The notes under the pieces were generated by a model. The model was not told the origin of the DNA and did no database searches. It was given only the letters and a program-made list of their open reading frames with translations. Positions 41,230-51,376 of a DNA stretch of 64,000 nucleotides are shown one piece after another. The translations under genes and the position numbers were made by a program. Source of the DNA: Acidobacteriota bacterium (GTDB lineage: Bacteria > Acidobacteriota > Thermoanaerobaculia > Multivoradales > UBA5704). The stretch's first letter is position 1, and every line of letters begins with the position of its first letter. The DNA lies in assembly GCA_040005235.1 (NCBI GenBank), contig JBDTZG010000028.1, positions 1-64,000 of the forward strand. Direction: 5' to 3'.

Positions 41230-42177
41230 TCAGCTTGCCAATCTCGAAGCGGCTTCTTCCGAGCGCGCGCCGGCCGACGCGCCTTCAGCCGCAGGTTGCA
41301 CCACGATCCGGTGGGAGAAGCGCAGATCCACGGCCGCGAGGGTGGGATACCGCTCGGCGAGCCGGGGGAGCAACGTCTCCAACCGGTGGACTTTGTCGAT
41401 CACATCGCCGTCGCGGACCAGCAGCGGAAAAGGCAAAACGCCGATCCGCAGACGGAAATCTTCCTCGCCCAACACCTCGATCTCAGCCAGGCGCGCGGCC
41501 CAGTCGGGATTTGCCTTGCCCAGCTCGGCGGCGACGCCGAGCGCACGGGCCACGCCATTGGGAACCGGCGTGGCGAAACTGACCACCAGAAAGCCACCCG
41601 CCGCCCTCGGCGCCCCCGGGCCCCCCGGCCCGACACTCGATTCGGCCAAAGCGCGCTCGCGGGCGATCTCCTGCGCCGCCTCCGCCGCGGAAAGCGGCGC
41701 GATCGCCTTGCCGGCAGCATCGGCCCAGAACAGGCGACCGCCGCTGCGCAAGAAGACCGCGGGCTTCTTCTCGGACACCCGGACCACCAGCCGGCCCGGC
41801 AATTCCTTGGCGATCTCCAACGAATCGACCCAGGGGTGGACCGACAGACGTTCCGCCGCCGCCGACAGCGGCAGCAACGGCAGATTGCGGCCGAGGAGAG
41901 GCGCGAGGCGGGCGCGAATCCAGCTCTCGCCCACCCGGCCGGCCCCTTCGATCTTGATCTCGGAGAGGGCGAACTGCGGCGCGGTAGCCACCCAGAATCC
42001 CCCCGCAAGCGGCACCCCGAGGATCGCGAGAGCGGAGCCCAAGGGGCGCATCAGCTTGCGCCATAGGCTCCGGCGCTTCCGCTTCGGCGGACCCTGGGAG
42101 CGGCGGAACGGGATCACGTTGCCGCCCGGGCCGTCCCCTTCCGCATGGCCTGCGGCTCCGAAGCCGTCGTGCTTCAT
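41230..42177 (-). CDS. ftsQ: Cell division protein FtsQ/DivIB
   Basis: TM, POTRA domain (HPWV...LPGRLVVRVSEKKP), VDLRF; position before ftsA. Confidence 0.88.
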   Translation of the reverse strand: MKHDGFGAAGHAEGDGPGGNVIPFRRSQGPPKRKRRSLWRKLMRPLGSALAILGVPLAGGFWVATAPQFALSEIKIEGAGRVGESWIRARLAPLLGRNLPLLPLSAAAERLSVHPWVDSLEIAKELPGRLVVRVSEKKPAVFLRSGGRLFWADAAGKAIAPLSAAEAAQEIARERALAESSVGPGGPGAPRAAGGFLVVSFATPVPNGVARALGVAAELGKANPDWAARLAEIEVLGEEDFRLRIGVLPFPLLVRDGDVIDKVHRLETLLPRLAERYPTLAAVDLRFSHRIVVQPAAEGASAGARSEEAASRLAS

Positions 42178-43595
42178 GACGCGGCCTCCACTTCCGCTGG
42201 AACCGTTTCCGCCACCAGCTCGCGGCCCAGTTTGTAGATGTCGCCGGCTCCGAGCGTGAGCACCAGATCGCCCGGCGCGACCTCCGCGGCGAGCACTCCA
42301 TGGGCGTCGTGCCAGGAGGGGCAGTAGACGACGTTGCGGTGACCGCTCTTCGTCGCCTCTTCGACCACCCGCTCGCCGGTGACTCCCGGGATCGGCTGCT
42401 CGCGCGAGGCGTAGACGTCGGTGACCACCGCGCGGTCGGCGCCCAGGAGCGCGCGGCCGAACGCCTCAGCCTGGTCCTGGGTGCGCGAATAGAGATGCGG
42501 CTGGAACACGGCGTGGACCTTGCCGCGCGGGAAGCTCTGGCGTGCCGCTTCGAGGGTGGCCGTCACCTCCGTCGGGTGGTGCGCGTAGTCGTCGACCACG
42601 GTAGCGCCGCGCCAGGTGCCGATCGTCTCGAACCGGCGGTGCACCCCTTTGAACGTCGCGATCGCCGCTGCGATCGCGGCGAATTCAAGCCCCAGCACAA
42701 GGCCGATGCCGATCGCGGCGAGCGCGTTTCGGACGTTGTGGCGGCCGGGCATCGGCAGCTCGATCGAACCCAGCAGGCCGCGCTCCCGGCTGCGCACGCC
42801 GAAGCGGACGCCGCCCGAGGCTCCGAAGGTCGGCTCCATATCGACCGCCGCGAGATCGGCCTGCGGCGCGAAGCCGTAGGTGATGATTCGGCGCTCGGCG
42901 ATCCGCGGCAGGATGGTCTGGACGTTCGCGTCATCCAGGCAGACCAGCACCCGGCCGAAGAACGGCACCCGGTTGGCGAACGCCACGAACGCGTCGAGGA
43001 TCGCCTCCATCGTGCCGTAGGTGTCCAGGTGGTCGCGGTCGATGTTGGTGAGCACCGCGACGATCGGCGCGAGGGTCAAGAAGCTGCGATCGAACTCGTC
43101 GGCCTCGGCCACCAGGTACTGGCTGTGGCCCAGGCGGGCCCCGGTGCCGAGTACCCGGACTCTGCCGCCGACGATGACCGTCGGGTCGAGCCCCGCCTCG
43201 GTGAGCACGTGGCCGACCAGCGAGGTGGTGGTCGTCTTGCCGTGGGTGCCGGCGATCGCGAGGCCGTATTTGAGGCGCATCAGCTCGGCGAGCATCTCGG
43301 CGCGGCGGACCACCGGAATGCCGCGTCGCCGCGCCTCGCGGATCTCCGGGTTCTCTTCCGGCACGGCCGAGGAGACCACCACCACGTCGGCGCGGTCGAC
43401 GTTTTCGGTCGCGTGGCCGATCTGGATCGTCGCGCCGAGCGAGGCGAGCCGCTCGGTCGCTTCGCCTCCGGCCTGATCGCTGCCCGAGACCTCCAGGTCG
43501 TATTCGAGCAGGATCTCGGCGATGCTGCTCATCCCGGCGCCGCCGATGCCGACGAAATGAATGCGCGAGAGGTCGGCGAATTGGGCGAAGCTCAT
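42174..43595 (-). CDS. murC: UDP-N-acetylmuramate--L-alanine ligase
   Basis: HFVGIGGAGMS, GTHGKTTT, EADEFD, DDYAHHPTE. Confidence 0.97.
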   Translation of the reverse strand: MSFAQFADLSRIHFVGIGGAGMSSIAEILLEYDLEVSGSDQAGGEATERLASLGATIQIGHATENVDRADVVVVSSAVPEENPEIREARRRGIPVVRRAEMLAELMRLKYGLAIAGTHGKTTTTSLVGHVLTEAGLDPTVIVGGRVRVLGTGARLGHSQYLVAEADEFDRSFLTLAPIVAVLTNIDRDHLDTYGTMEAILDAFVAFANRVPFFGRVLVCLDDANVQTILPRIAERRIITYGFAPQADLAAVDMEPTFGASGGVRFGVRSRERGLLGSIELPMPGRHNVRNALAAIGIGLVLGLEFAAIAAAIATFKGVHRRFETIGTWRGATVVDDYAHHPTEVTATLEAARQSFPRGKVHAVFQPHLYSRTQDQAEAFGRALLGADRAVVTDVYASREQPIPGVTGERVVEEATKSGHRNVVYCPSWHDAHGVLAAEVAPGDLVLTLGAGDIYKLGRELVAETVPAEVEAAS

Positions 43596-44767
43596 CGCGA
43601 CCCTCCCGATCCGGTGGCTGCGGCGGGCCGCGCCACGGCTTCCAGCGCGTCGGCGATCGCCGCGACGGCGCGCGGCTTGGAGAGCGACCGGGCAGCCGCC
43701 GCCCGGCGCGCCAGGCCTTCCCGATCCGCCAACAGGTCGATCAATTTATTTGCGAGCCGGGCGGCCAAGCGCTCGGCGAACGGCTCTCCCGACTCGCTGG
43801 AATCGCCTTCGACCAGCACCTCCGCCGCTCCCGCCCGTTCGAGCAGACGAGCGTTTTCGATCTGGTGCCCCTTGGCGATCGTAAGCGGCAGGAACAGCGC
43901 CGGCCGACCCGCGGCGCAGATCTCGGCGACCGTCACCGCCCCGGCGCGCGAAACGATCAGATGGCTCTGGGAGAGTGCCGAGGCGACGTCCTCGATGAAC
44001 GGCACGACGGAGACCCGCGCGAGCAACGCGTCGTCGAGCCCCGCCGCGCGATAGGCGGCGAGCGTCTCGTCGACGTTCTTGCCCCCGGCCTGGTGGCGGA
44101 TCGAAAGATCGGGGATCTCGGTCAGCAGCCGGCGGGCGGCCTCCGGCATCGCCCGGTTGACCTGGCGCGCCCCCTGGCTGCCGCCGAGCACCAGCAGCCG
44201 CGGCGGTCCGGCCGGCAGGTCGGCCGCAATCTCGAAGAACGCTTCGCGCACCGGCACGCCGGTCACCGTGGAGCGGCAGGCGAGATCGCGGCGGGTGTCT
44301 TCGAAAGCGACGGCCGCCGCGGTGGCACAGCGCGCGAGCATCCGATTTGCCACTCCGGCTCGGGCGTTCAGCTCCAGCAGCAGGATCGGCCGTCCGGCGA
44401 GGCGCGCGCCGACCACCGCGGGCGCCGAGGCGTAGCCGCCGGTTCCAAGCACCGCGTCGACGTCGAGCCGCTTTACCAATGCGCGCGCCGCCACACTCGA
44501 CCGGACCAGTGTGGCGAGGGCGCCGATCTTCGCGCCGACGCCCCGGCCGAGGAACGCTTTGGCCGGCAACGGATGAAACGGCCAGCCCTCCTGCGGCACC
44601 AGGCGCGCTTCGAGGCCCGCGGCCGAACCGGCGTAGCTGATGGTCCAGCCGCGCGACGCCAGCTCCCGGCCGACGGCGATCGCCGGGAAGACGTGGCCCC
44701 CCGTGCCGCCCCCTGCGAGCAGGGCGTGGCGGGGGCGCGCGGCGGAGGCGGAGGTCGCTTCGCTCAT
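43592..44767 (-). CDS. murG: Undecaprenyl-PP-MurNAc-pentapeptide GlcNAc transferase
   Basis: GGGTGGHVFP, GGSQGA, SRAGA, HQIENA; ATGA overlap with ftsW. Confidence 0.96.
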   Translation of the reverse strand: MSEATSASAARPRHALLAGGGTGGHVFPAIAVGRELASRGWTISYAGSAAGLEARLVPQEGWPFHPLPAKAFLGRGVGAKIGALATLVRSSVAARALVKRLDVDAVLGTGGYASAPAVVGARLAGRPILLLELNARAGVANRMLARCATAAAVAFEDTRRDLACRSTVTGVPVREAFFEIAADLPAGPPRLLVLGGSQGARQVNRAMPEAARRLLTEIPDLSIRHQAGGKNVDETLAAYRAAGLDDALLARVSVVPFIEDVASALSQSHLIVSRAGAVTVAEICAAGRPALFLPLTIAKGHQIENARLLERAGAAEVLVEGDSSESGEPFAERLAARLANKLIDLLADREGLARRAAAARSLSKPRAVAAIADALEAVARPAAATGSGGSR

Positions 44768-45849
44768 CCGTGTTGCGACAGGTTGAGCAGCACGCCGCAG
44801 GCGGTCATCGTGACCACCAGAGACGAGCCGCCGTAAGAGATGAACGGCAGCGGAATGCCCTTGGTCGGCAGAAGCGCGAGCGCCACGCTGATGTTCAAGA
44901 GCGCCTGGAGCACGAGGACGATCGTGAAGCCCCAGGCGAGATAGCGGCCGAAGGCGTCCGGCGCCTTGGCCCCCGCGACATAGCCGCGCCAAGCGACGAT
45001 CCCGAACAGGCCGATCACGAACAGCGCGCCGGCCATCCCCAGCTCTTCGCAGACGATCGCGTAGACGAAATCCGATTCCGGATGCGGCAGGAACCACAAT
45101 TTCTGCAGGCTCTGCCCGGCGCCGAGCCCGAATGCGCCGCCCGAGCCGATCGCGATCAGCGATTGGAGCGCCTGGAAGCCCGAGCCGAGCGGATCGCGCT
45201 CGGGATCGAGAAAGGCGAAGAAGCGCTCTCTGCGATAGGGCACCGCGATCACCAGCGCGTAGAGGAGCGGCACCGCGAGCGCGAAGCCGCCGACCACGTA
45301 GCGCCAGGAGAGCCCGGCGAGGAAAAGCAGGAAGAAGACCGTGCTGCCGAGCAGCACCGCGGTGCCGAAGTCCGGCTGGATCAAGATCAGACCGCAGACC
45401 AGGCCGCAGCCGAGCGCGATCGGCAGCAGCAGGTCGCGCTGGTTCACCCGATCGAGCTTCCGCGAGATCTGGTAGGCGGCGAACGGGATCAGCGCGAGCT
45501 TCGCGATCTCCGACGGCTGGATCGAGATCGGCCCGAGCAGGAACCAGCGTTGGGTGCCGTTCAGATGGCCGGAGAAGAGGACGGCGACCAGCAGTAACGT
45601 GATGCTCGCGAGCAGGCCATAGACCACCTCCGCCCGGCGCAGCACCCGGTAGTCGATGTGCATCACGACTGCCATCGCGACCAGACCGATGATCCCGGCG
45701 ATCGACTGCTTGAGCAGGAACGGATTGATCCCCGCGGCGCGGTCGCGGGCGATCGCCGCGCTCGCCGAATAGACCATCACCAGGCCGAAGCCCGCGAGCA
45801 GGGCGACCGCGCCGAACAGCAGCTTGTCGTAGGCGAGCTTTTTGGCCAT
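44764..45849 (-). CDS. ftsW: Peptidoglycan polymerase FtsW
   Basis: QPSEIAK, QPDFGT, EELG, LPFISYGGSS. Confidence 0.96.
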   Translation of the reverse strand: MAKKLAYDKLLFGAVALLAGFGLVMVYSASAAIARDRAAGINPFLLKQSIAGIIGLVAMAVVMHIDYRVLRRAEVVYGLLASITLLLVAVLFSGHLNGTQRWFLLGPISIQPSEIAKLALIPFAAYQISRKLDRVNQRDLLLPIALGCGLVCGLILIQPDFGTAVLLGSTVFFLLFLAGLSWRYVVGGFALAVPLLYALVIAVPYRRERFFAFLDPERDPLGSGFQALQSLIAIGSGGAFGLGAGQSLQKLWFLPHPESDFVYAIVCEELGMAGALFVIGLFGIVAWRGYVAGAKAPDAFGRYLAWGFTIVLVLQALLNISVALALLPTKGIPLPFISYGGSSLVVTMTACGVLLNLSQHG

Positions 45850-47282
45850 CAGGCGTTCCCTCCGGCCTCGCCGAGCACCCGCGTGCGCACCAGCTCCTGG
45901 AACACCTGCCCCCGGTGCTCGAAGTTCTTGAATTGGTCGAAGCTCGCGCAGGCCGGCGAAAGCACCACGACATCGCCCGCCCGGGCGTGCCGGGTCGCCG
46001 CCTCGACCGCCCGGTCGAGCGTTCCGACGTTTTCGATCGGCGCGGCACGGCCAAGCGCCTGATCGAAATCCTCGGCCGATTCGCCGATCAGATAGACCCG
46101 GCGCGCCTTCACGGCGACCAGCGGCGCGAGCACCGAAAGGTCGGCGCCTTTGTTGCGGCCGCCGAGAATCAGATGGACGGTGCCGTCGGCGAACCCTTCG
46201 ATCGACTTGCATGTCGCCGCCGGGTTGGTGCCTTTGGAGTCGTCGTACCAGGCAACACCCTCGTGCTCGCAGACCCGTTCCAGCCGGTGGGGGAGGCCGC
46301 GGAACGCCCGGATCGCTTCGCGGATCGCGCCCGCGCCGGCTCCGATTGCGCGAGCGAGCAGGGCGGCGGCCATCGCGTTTTCGACGTTCTGCACCCCGGC
46401 GAGCGGAACGTCGGCGGCCTCGAACAGGGGAGTCTTTCGACCGTCCGGCTCTACCTCTACCACCCAGCCGTCTTCAAGCTGGCAGCCGTCGGTGACCGGC
46501 GCCAGACGCGAAAACACCCGCCGCCGCGCCGCGGTCGCCAATTCGAGCGTCCACGGGTCGTCGGCGTTCAGCACCGCGATGCCATCGGGCCGCATGCGGG
46601 CAAACAGCCGCTTCTTTGCGTGGGCATACGCCGCGAGGCTCGGATAGCGGTCGAGGTGATCCTCCGAGAGGTTGAGCAGCGCCGCGGCGTCCGGCCGGAA
46701 ACGGTCGAGCCCTTCGATCTGGAAGCTCGACACCTCGACCACGAACGCCCGGCCGGGCGCGGCCCCCGGCTCCGCATCGGCCCGTTCGGTGAGGGGAGTG
46801 CCGATGTTGCCGCAGACCTCCACCCGGCGGCCCGCGACGCGGAGGATCGCGCCGAGCATTTCGGTCACCGTGCTCTTGCCGTTGCTGCCGGTGATCGCGG
46901 CGATATTGGCGCCCTCCGCTTCGAGCGCGGGAAACGCCAGCTCGACCTCGGCGATGACGGGCAAGCCCTCGGCCCGCGCTTCATGGATCAGCGGCTGGTC
47001 CATCGGCACGCCGGGGGAGACGACGACCGCGTCGAGTCGATCCAGCAGGCCCAACCGCGTGGCCGAGTCGGCGCCCAGGCGCAGCTCAACGCCGGGATCG
47101 TGGGCCAGCTCTTCGAGATGGAGGTCCTCGGCGAGCTTCTTGTCGACCCCGACCACGGCGACGCCTCGCTTCCTTAAAAAGCGCGCGGCCGAGATCCCCG
47201 ACACTTTAAGCCCATAGACCAGCACCCGCTCGAAGCGGCCGGTGCCCCAAGGGGCGAACAGGGATGGATTCGTGCCGCTCAT
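45849..47282 (-). CDS. murD: UDP-MurNAc-L-Ala--D-glutamate ligase
   Basis: [36 protein letters not shown]. Confidence 0.96.
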   Translation of the reverse strand: MSGTNPSLFAPWGTGRFERVLVYGLKVSGISAARFLRKRGVAVVGVDKKLAEDLHLEELAHDPGVELRLGADSATRLGLLDRLDAVVVSPGVPMDQPLIHEARAEGLPVIAEVELAFPALEAEGANIAAITGSNGKSTVTEMLGAILRVAGRRVEVCGNIGTPLTERADAEPGAAPGRAFVVEVSSFQIEGLDRFRPDAAALLNLSEDHLDRYPSLAAYAHAKKRLFARMRPDGIAVLNADDPWTLELATAARRRVFSRLAPVTDGCQLEDGWVVEVEPDGRKTPLFEAADVPLAGVQNVENAMAAALLARAIGAGAGAIREAIRAFRGLPHRLERVCEHEGVAWYDDSKGTNPAATCKSIEGFADGTVHLILGGRNKGADLSVLAPLVAVKARRVYLIGESAEDFDQALGRAAPIENVGTLDRAVEAATRHARAGDVVVLSPACASFDQFKNFEHRGQVFQELVRTRVLGEAGGNA

Positions 47283-48355
47283 CGCAGTTTCAACGTCGAG
47301 ATGGAAAGCAGCGCGAACAGGATCGAGAGAATCCAGAAGCGCACGATCACCTTGGGTTCGGCCCAGCCCGACAGCTCGAAATGGTGGTGGAGGGGCGCCA
47401 TGCGGAACACTCTCTTTCCGCGCAGCTTGAACGAGGCGACCTGGATGATCACCGACAGGGCTTCCATCACGAACACGCCGCCGACCACCACGAGTAGGAT
47501 TTCCTGCTTCGCGAGCACGGCGACGCTGCCGATCGCCGCGCCGAGCGACAGCGAGCCGACATCGCCCATGAACACTTCGGCCGGATGGGAGTTGAACCAG
47601 AGGAATCCCAGGCCCGCGCCCACCAGGGCGGAGCAGAACACCGCCACCTCGCCGACACCGGGAACGTAGGAGATCTGGAGGTAGTTGGCGATCACCTTGT
47701 TGCCACCGACGTAGGTGAACAGGGCGTAGGTTCCCGCGGCGACCGTGGTGGCGCCGATCGCCAGGCCGTCGAGCCCGTCGGTCAGGTTGACCGCGTTCGA
47801 GGCGCCGACCAGCACCAGGACCACGAACGGCACGTAGGCGAGGCCGAGCGGAATCACCAGGCGCTTGAAGAACGGAAACGCCAGGGTCGAATCGAATTCC
47901 GGAATCGCCCACAAGGCGAGCCCCAGCCCGAGGCCGGCCACGACCTGCAACAAAAACTTGGTGCGCGCGGTGAGCCCTAGGTTCTGCCGCCGCTTCACCT
48001 TCAGATAGTCGTCGAGGAAGCCGACGGCGCCGAAGGCGACGGTCACCCCCATCGCGAGCCAGAGGTATCGGTTGCGTAGGTTGCCCCAAAGGAGCGTCGG
48101 CACGATCAGGGCGAACAGGATCAGCAGTCCCCCCATCGTGGGGGTGCCGGCTTTCACCTGATGCGCCTGCGGTCCCAGCTCGCGGATGTTCTGGCCGACC
48201 GACAGGCGCCGGAGAGTGCGGATGAACCAGGGACCGAGCAGCCAGGAGAGCAGCAGCGCGGTGACGATCGCCGCCGCCGCCCGGAACGTGATGTAGCGGA
48301 AGACGTTGAAGACCGCGAACCGCTCGTGGAGCGGATAGAGCAGCTCGTAGAGCAT
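47279..48355 (-). CDS. mraY: Phospho-MurNAc-pentapeptide transferase
   Basis: [34 protein letters not shown]. Confidence 0.98.
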   Translation of the reverse strand: MLYELLYPLHERFAVFNVFRYITFRAAAAIVTALLLSWLLGPWFIRTLRRLSVGQNIRELGPQAHQVKAGTPTMGGLLILFALIVPTLLWGNLRNRYLWLAMGVTVAFGAVGFLDDYLKVKRRQNLGLTARTKFLLQVVAGLGLGLALWAIPEFDSTLAFPFFKRLVIPLGLAYVPFVVLVLVGASNAVNLTDGLDGLAIGATTVAAGTYALFTYVGGNKVIANYLQISYVPGVGEVAVFCSALVGAGLGFLWFNSHPAEVFMGDVGSLSLGAAIGSVAVLAKQEILLVVVGGVFVMEALSVIIQVASFKLRGKRVFRMAPLHHHFELSGWAEPKVIVRFWILSILFALLSISTLKLR

Positions 48356-49866
48356 CAGGCCCTTTCCTCTCCGCGCATCCGATCAACCACCCGATCGAGA
48401 TGCACCCCGCGCGAGCCCTTCACCAGCACGACGTCTCCCGGCACGACATGGCTTGCCGCCCACTCCGCCGCCGCATTGGCTTCGGAAAAGTGAATCGCTT
48501 CGGCGCCGCCCGCCGCGGCGCCGGCCACCAGCTCGCGCGCCAGCTCGCCCACTCCCACGACCGGGGAAAAGCCGAGCGCCGCGGCTTGTTTTCCGGCTTC
48601 GCGATGAAACGCCGGACCGCTGGCCCCCAGCTCCAGCATGTCGCCGAGGATCGCCACCCGGCGATGGCTGCAGCCAACCCGGCCGTTTGGCCGGTTGCTT
48701 GAAACAAGACCCGCAGCTCCGGCGAGAGCCTTGCCCACCGCATCGGGATTCGAGTTGTAGGAGTCGTCGATCAAAACCGCGATCCCGCCTTCCAGCTCCA
48801 GGCGATGGACCTCGCCGCGCCCTTTGGCGCTCGGCATCTCGGCGGCGACTTCGAGGATCTCTTCGAGCGGCACGCCGATCGACCAGGCGGCCGCGGCGGC
48901 GGCGAGGAAGTTCTCGACGTTGTAGGCGCCGTGGAGAGCCAGGTGAACCGGCCGGCGCTCCCCCTCGACTTCGAGGGTGAAGCGGCTGCCGAGGCCGTCC
49001 GGATCGGCGAGGACGTCCAGCGCGCGAAGGTCGAGGCGATCCTCGCCGTCGGCGAAACCGTCCACCGGCTCGCCCAAGGCGTACCAGATGATTCGTCCCC
49101 CTTGCTGCTCATCGCGCTCATCGCGCTCGTCGCGATGCCGGCGGACGATCCGGACGATCTCCGGGTCGCAGGCGTTGGCGACCACCCAGCCATCGCTCGC
49201 CAGACCGGCGAGCAGCTCGGCCTTCGCCTCGGCGATCGCCCGCACCGAATCGAAGAATTCGAGGTGCGCCGGCCGGACGACCGTAAACACCGCGAGGTCC
49301 GGCCGGGCCAGCAAGGAGAGCTCGCGCAGCTCGCCGGCCGACGACATGCCCATCTCGGCGACCATCCATTCGGTGTCGTCGGGGACGTTGAGCAGCGAGA
49401 CCGGCAGGCCGATCCGGTTGTTGAAGTTGCCCACCGTGCGCCCGACCCGGAAGCGGCGGGCGAGCATCGCGGCCAGCAGCTCCTTGGTCGTCGTCTTGCC
49501 CGCCGAGCCGGTGATCCCCGCCAGCTGCTCCGGCGCCCGGTCCCGCAGGCTGCGAGCCAGCTCGACCAGCGCGTCGCCGACGTCGCCGACCTCGATTAGG
49601 AATCCATCGGAACCGGCCGGCAGGCGCGCCGCCGGATCGCCAGCCCCGCTCTCGGCGCTTTCAACGACCGCTCCCGCGGCGCCTCGGGCAAACGCATCGG
49701 CCACGAACGAGCGACCGTCGACCCGCTCGCCGCGGAAGGCGAAGAACAGCTCGCCGCCGCGGATCGTTCGCGAATCGATCGCCGCGCCGCCGAAACGCGC
49801 GGCGGGATCGCCCGCGGCGAGCCGGCCGGCCATCGCGAGCACCGCTTCAGCAGCCGAGGCGTGCAC
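48355..49866 (-). CDS. murF: UDP-MurNAc-tripeptide--D-Ala-D-Ala ligase
   Basis: [29 protein letters not shown]. Confidence 0.95.
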   Translation of the reverse strand: MHASAAEAVLAMAGRLAAGDPAARFGGAAIDSRTIRGGELFFAFRGERVDGRSFVADAFARGAAGAVVESAESGAGDPAARLPAGSDGFLIEVGDVGDALVELARSLRDRAPEQLAGITGSAGKTTTKELLAAMLARRFRVGRTVGNFNNRIGLPVSLLNVPDDTEWMVAEMGMSSAGELRELSLLARPDLAVFTVVRPAHLEFFDSVRAIAEAKAELLAGLASDGWVVANACDPEIVRIVRRHRDERDERDEQQGGRIIWYALGEPVDGFADGEDRLDLRALDVLADPDGLGSRFTLEVEGERRPVHLALHGAYNVENFLAAAAAAWSIGVPLEEILEVAAEMPSAKGRGEVHRLELEGGIAVLIDDSYNSNPDAVGKALAGAAGLVSSNRPNGRVGCSHRRVAILGDMLELGASGPAFHREAGKQAAALGFSPVVGVGELARELVAGAAAGGAEAIHFSEANAAAEWAASHVVPGDVVLVKGSRGVHLDRVVDRMRGEERA

Positions 49867-51376
49867 CGAATCTCTCCGTGAGCGCGCGCTCGATCTCTTC
49901 GAAATCCGAAAACGGCAGCTTGCGGTCGCCGATCGTCTGGTCGCGTTCGTGCCCTTTGCCGGCGATCAGCACGGCCGACCCCTCTTCGGCGGCGGCGATC
50001 GCGGTGCGGATCGCATCGCGCCGGTCGGGGATCAATAGATAGTTGTTGCGCCCGGTCGAGCGCAGACCCTCTTCCACCGCGGCGAGGATCGCGTGCGGAT
50101 CTTCGCTGCGCGGGTTGTCGGAGGTGGCGATCGCGAGATCTGCCAGCTCGCCCGCGACCCGGCCCATCACCGGCCGCTTGCCCGGATCGCGGTCGCCGCC
50201 GCAACCGAAGACGACGATCGTCCGGCCCGGCGCGATCTCGCGCACCGAGGCGATCGCGGCGGAAAGGGCCGCGTCGGTATGGGCGTAATCGACGATCGCG
50301 GCAAACGGCTGGCCGCATTCGACCGGCTCCAGGCGGCCGGGAACCGGCTGCTGCGCCGCGGCGGCTGCGACCACGGCCGAGACCGGAATTGCCGCCGTCT
50401 GGAGCGCCAGGGCGCCCGCGATCGCGGCGGTCAGATTCGACAGGTTGTAGCGGCCGAGCAGCGCCGAGGCGATCTCGAATTCATCCAGATTTCCGGAGTC
50501 GGAATCGGCCACGACGATCGTCGCGGAGAGCCCATGGCGATCGAGCTTCGCGTCGCGCGCCGAGACGGTGGCCGCGTTCCCTTCGACGCTGTAGGTCCAG
50601 GCCCCGGGCAGCTCGGCTGCCAGCCGTCGGCCGTACTCGTCGTCGACGTTGATCACCGCCCGGCCGTTCGGCTTCAAGCGCGTAAACAGCCGGCGCTTCG
50701 CGGCGAAGTAGCTCTCCATGTCGCCGTGCAGATCGAGATGGTCGCGCGACAGGTTGGTGAACAGAGCGAGATCGAATTCCGCGCCGTCGGCCCGGCCCTG
50801 TTCGAGGGCGTGCGACGACACCTCCATGGCCACCGCCGCCGCCCCGGCGTCGCGCATGGCGCGCAGGGTGCGGAACAGGTCGCTCGCCTCAGGCGTCGTC
50901 CGCTCGCCGGGAAAGCTCTTCCCGCGCAGGCGATAGCCGAGCGTGCCGATGAATCCCGCCGGCTGCCCGGCCTTTTCGAAGATCGCAGCGAGCAGCGTCG
51001 CGACGGTCGATTTGCCGTTCGTGCCGGTCACCCCGGCGAGGATCAGCTCGCGATCCGGATGGCCGTAGATCCGCGCCGCGAGCGGCGGGAGCAGCGCGCG
51101 GGGATTCGCCGCCGAAAGCCAGGGGATTTCGGTCCCGAGCCCCGCCGGACGGTTCCCCGGTGCGACCACCGCGACGGCGCCCCGCTCGACCGCCTGGGGC
51201 GCGAACTCCCGGCCGTCGAACCGTCCGCCGGACCAGGCGACGAACAGGTCGCCGGGCCGGACCGCGCGCGAGTCGTGGCAAACGCCGGAAATCGTCGGGT
51301 CGCCCGGCAGACCGCCGTCGGCTTCCACCGCTAGCCTGAGCCCGTCGATCAGCTCCGAGAGGGGGAGCGCGCTCAT
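49847..51376 (-). CDS. murE: UDP-MurNAc-dipeptide--meso-DAP ligase
   Basis: GTNGKST, TTPE, DHLDLH, DYAHT, DNPR (DAP-type), AGKGHE. Confidence 0.96.
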   Translation of the reverse strand: MSALPLSELIDGLRLAVEADGGLPGDPTISGVCHDSRAVRPGDLFVAWSGGRFDGREFAPQAVERGAVAVVAPGNRPAGLGTEIPWLSAANPRALLPPLAARIYGHPDRELILAGVTGTNGKSTVATLLAAIFEKAGQPAGFIGTLGYRLRGKSFPGERTTPEASDLFRTLRAMRDAGAAAVAMEVSSHALEQGRADGAEFDLALFTNLSRDHLDLHGDMESYFAAKRRLFTRLKPNGRAVINVDDEYGRRLAAELPGAWTYSVEGNAATVSARDAKLDRHGLSATIVVADSDSGNLDEFEIASALLGRYNLSNLTAAIAGALALQTAAIPVSAVVAAAAAQQPVPGRLEPVECGQPFAAIVDYAHTDAALSAAIASVREIAPGRTIVVFGCGGDRDPGKRPVMGRVAGELADLAIATSDNPRSEDPHAILAAVEEGLRSTGRNNYLLIPDRRDAIRTAIAAAEEGSAVLIAGKGHERDQTIGDRKLPFSDFEEIERALTERFGARLGC

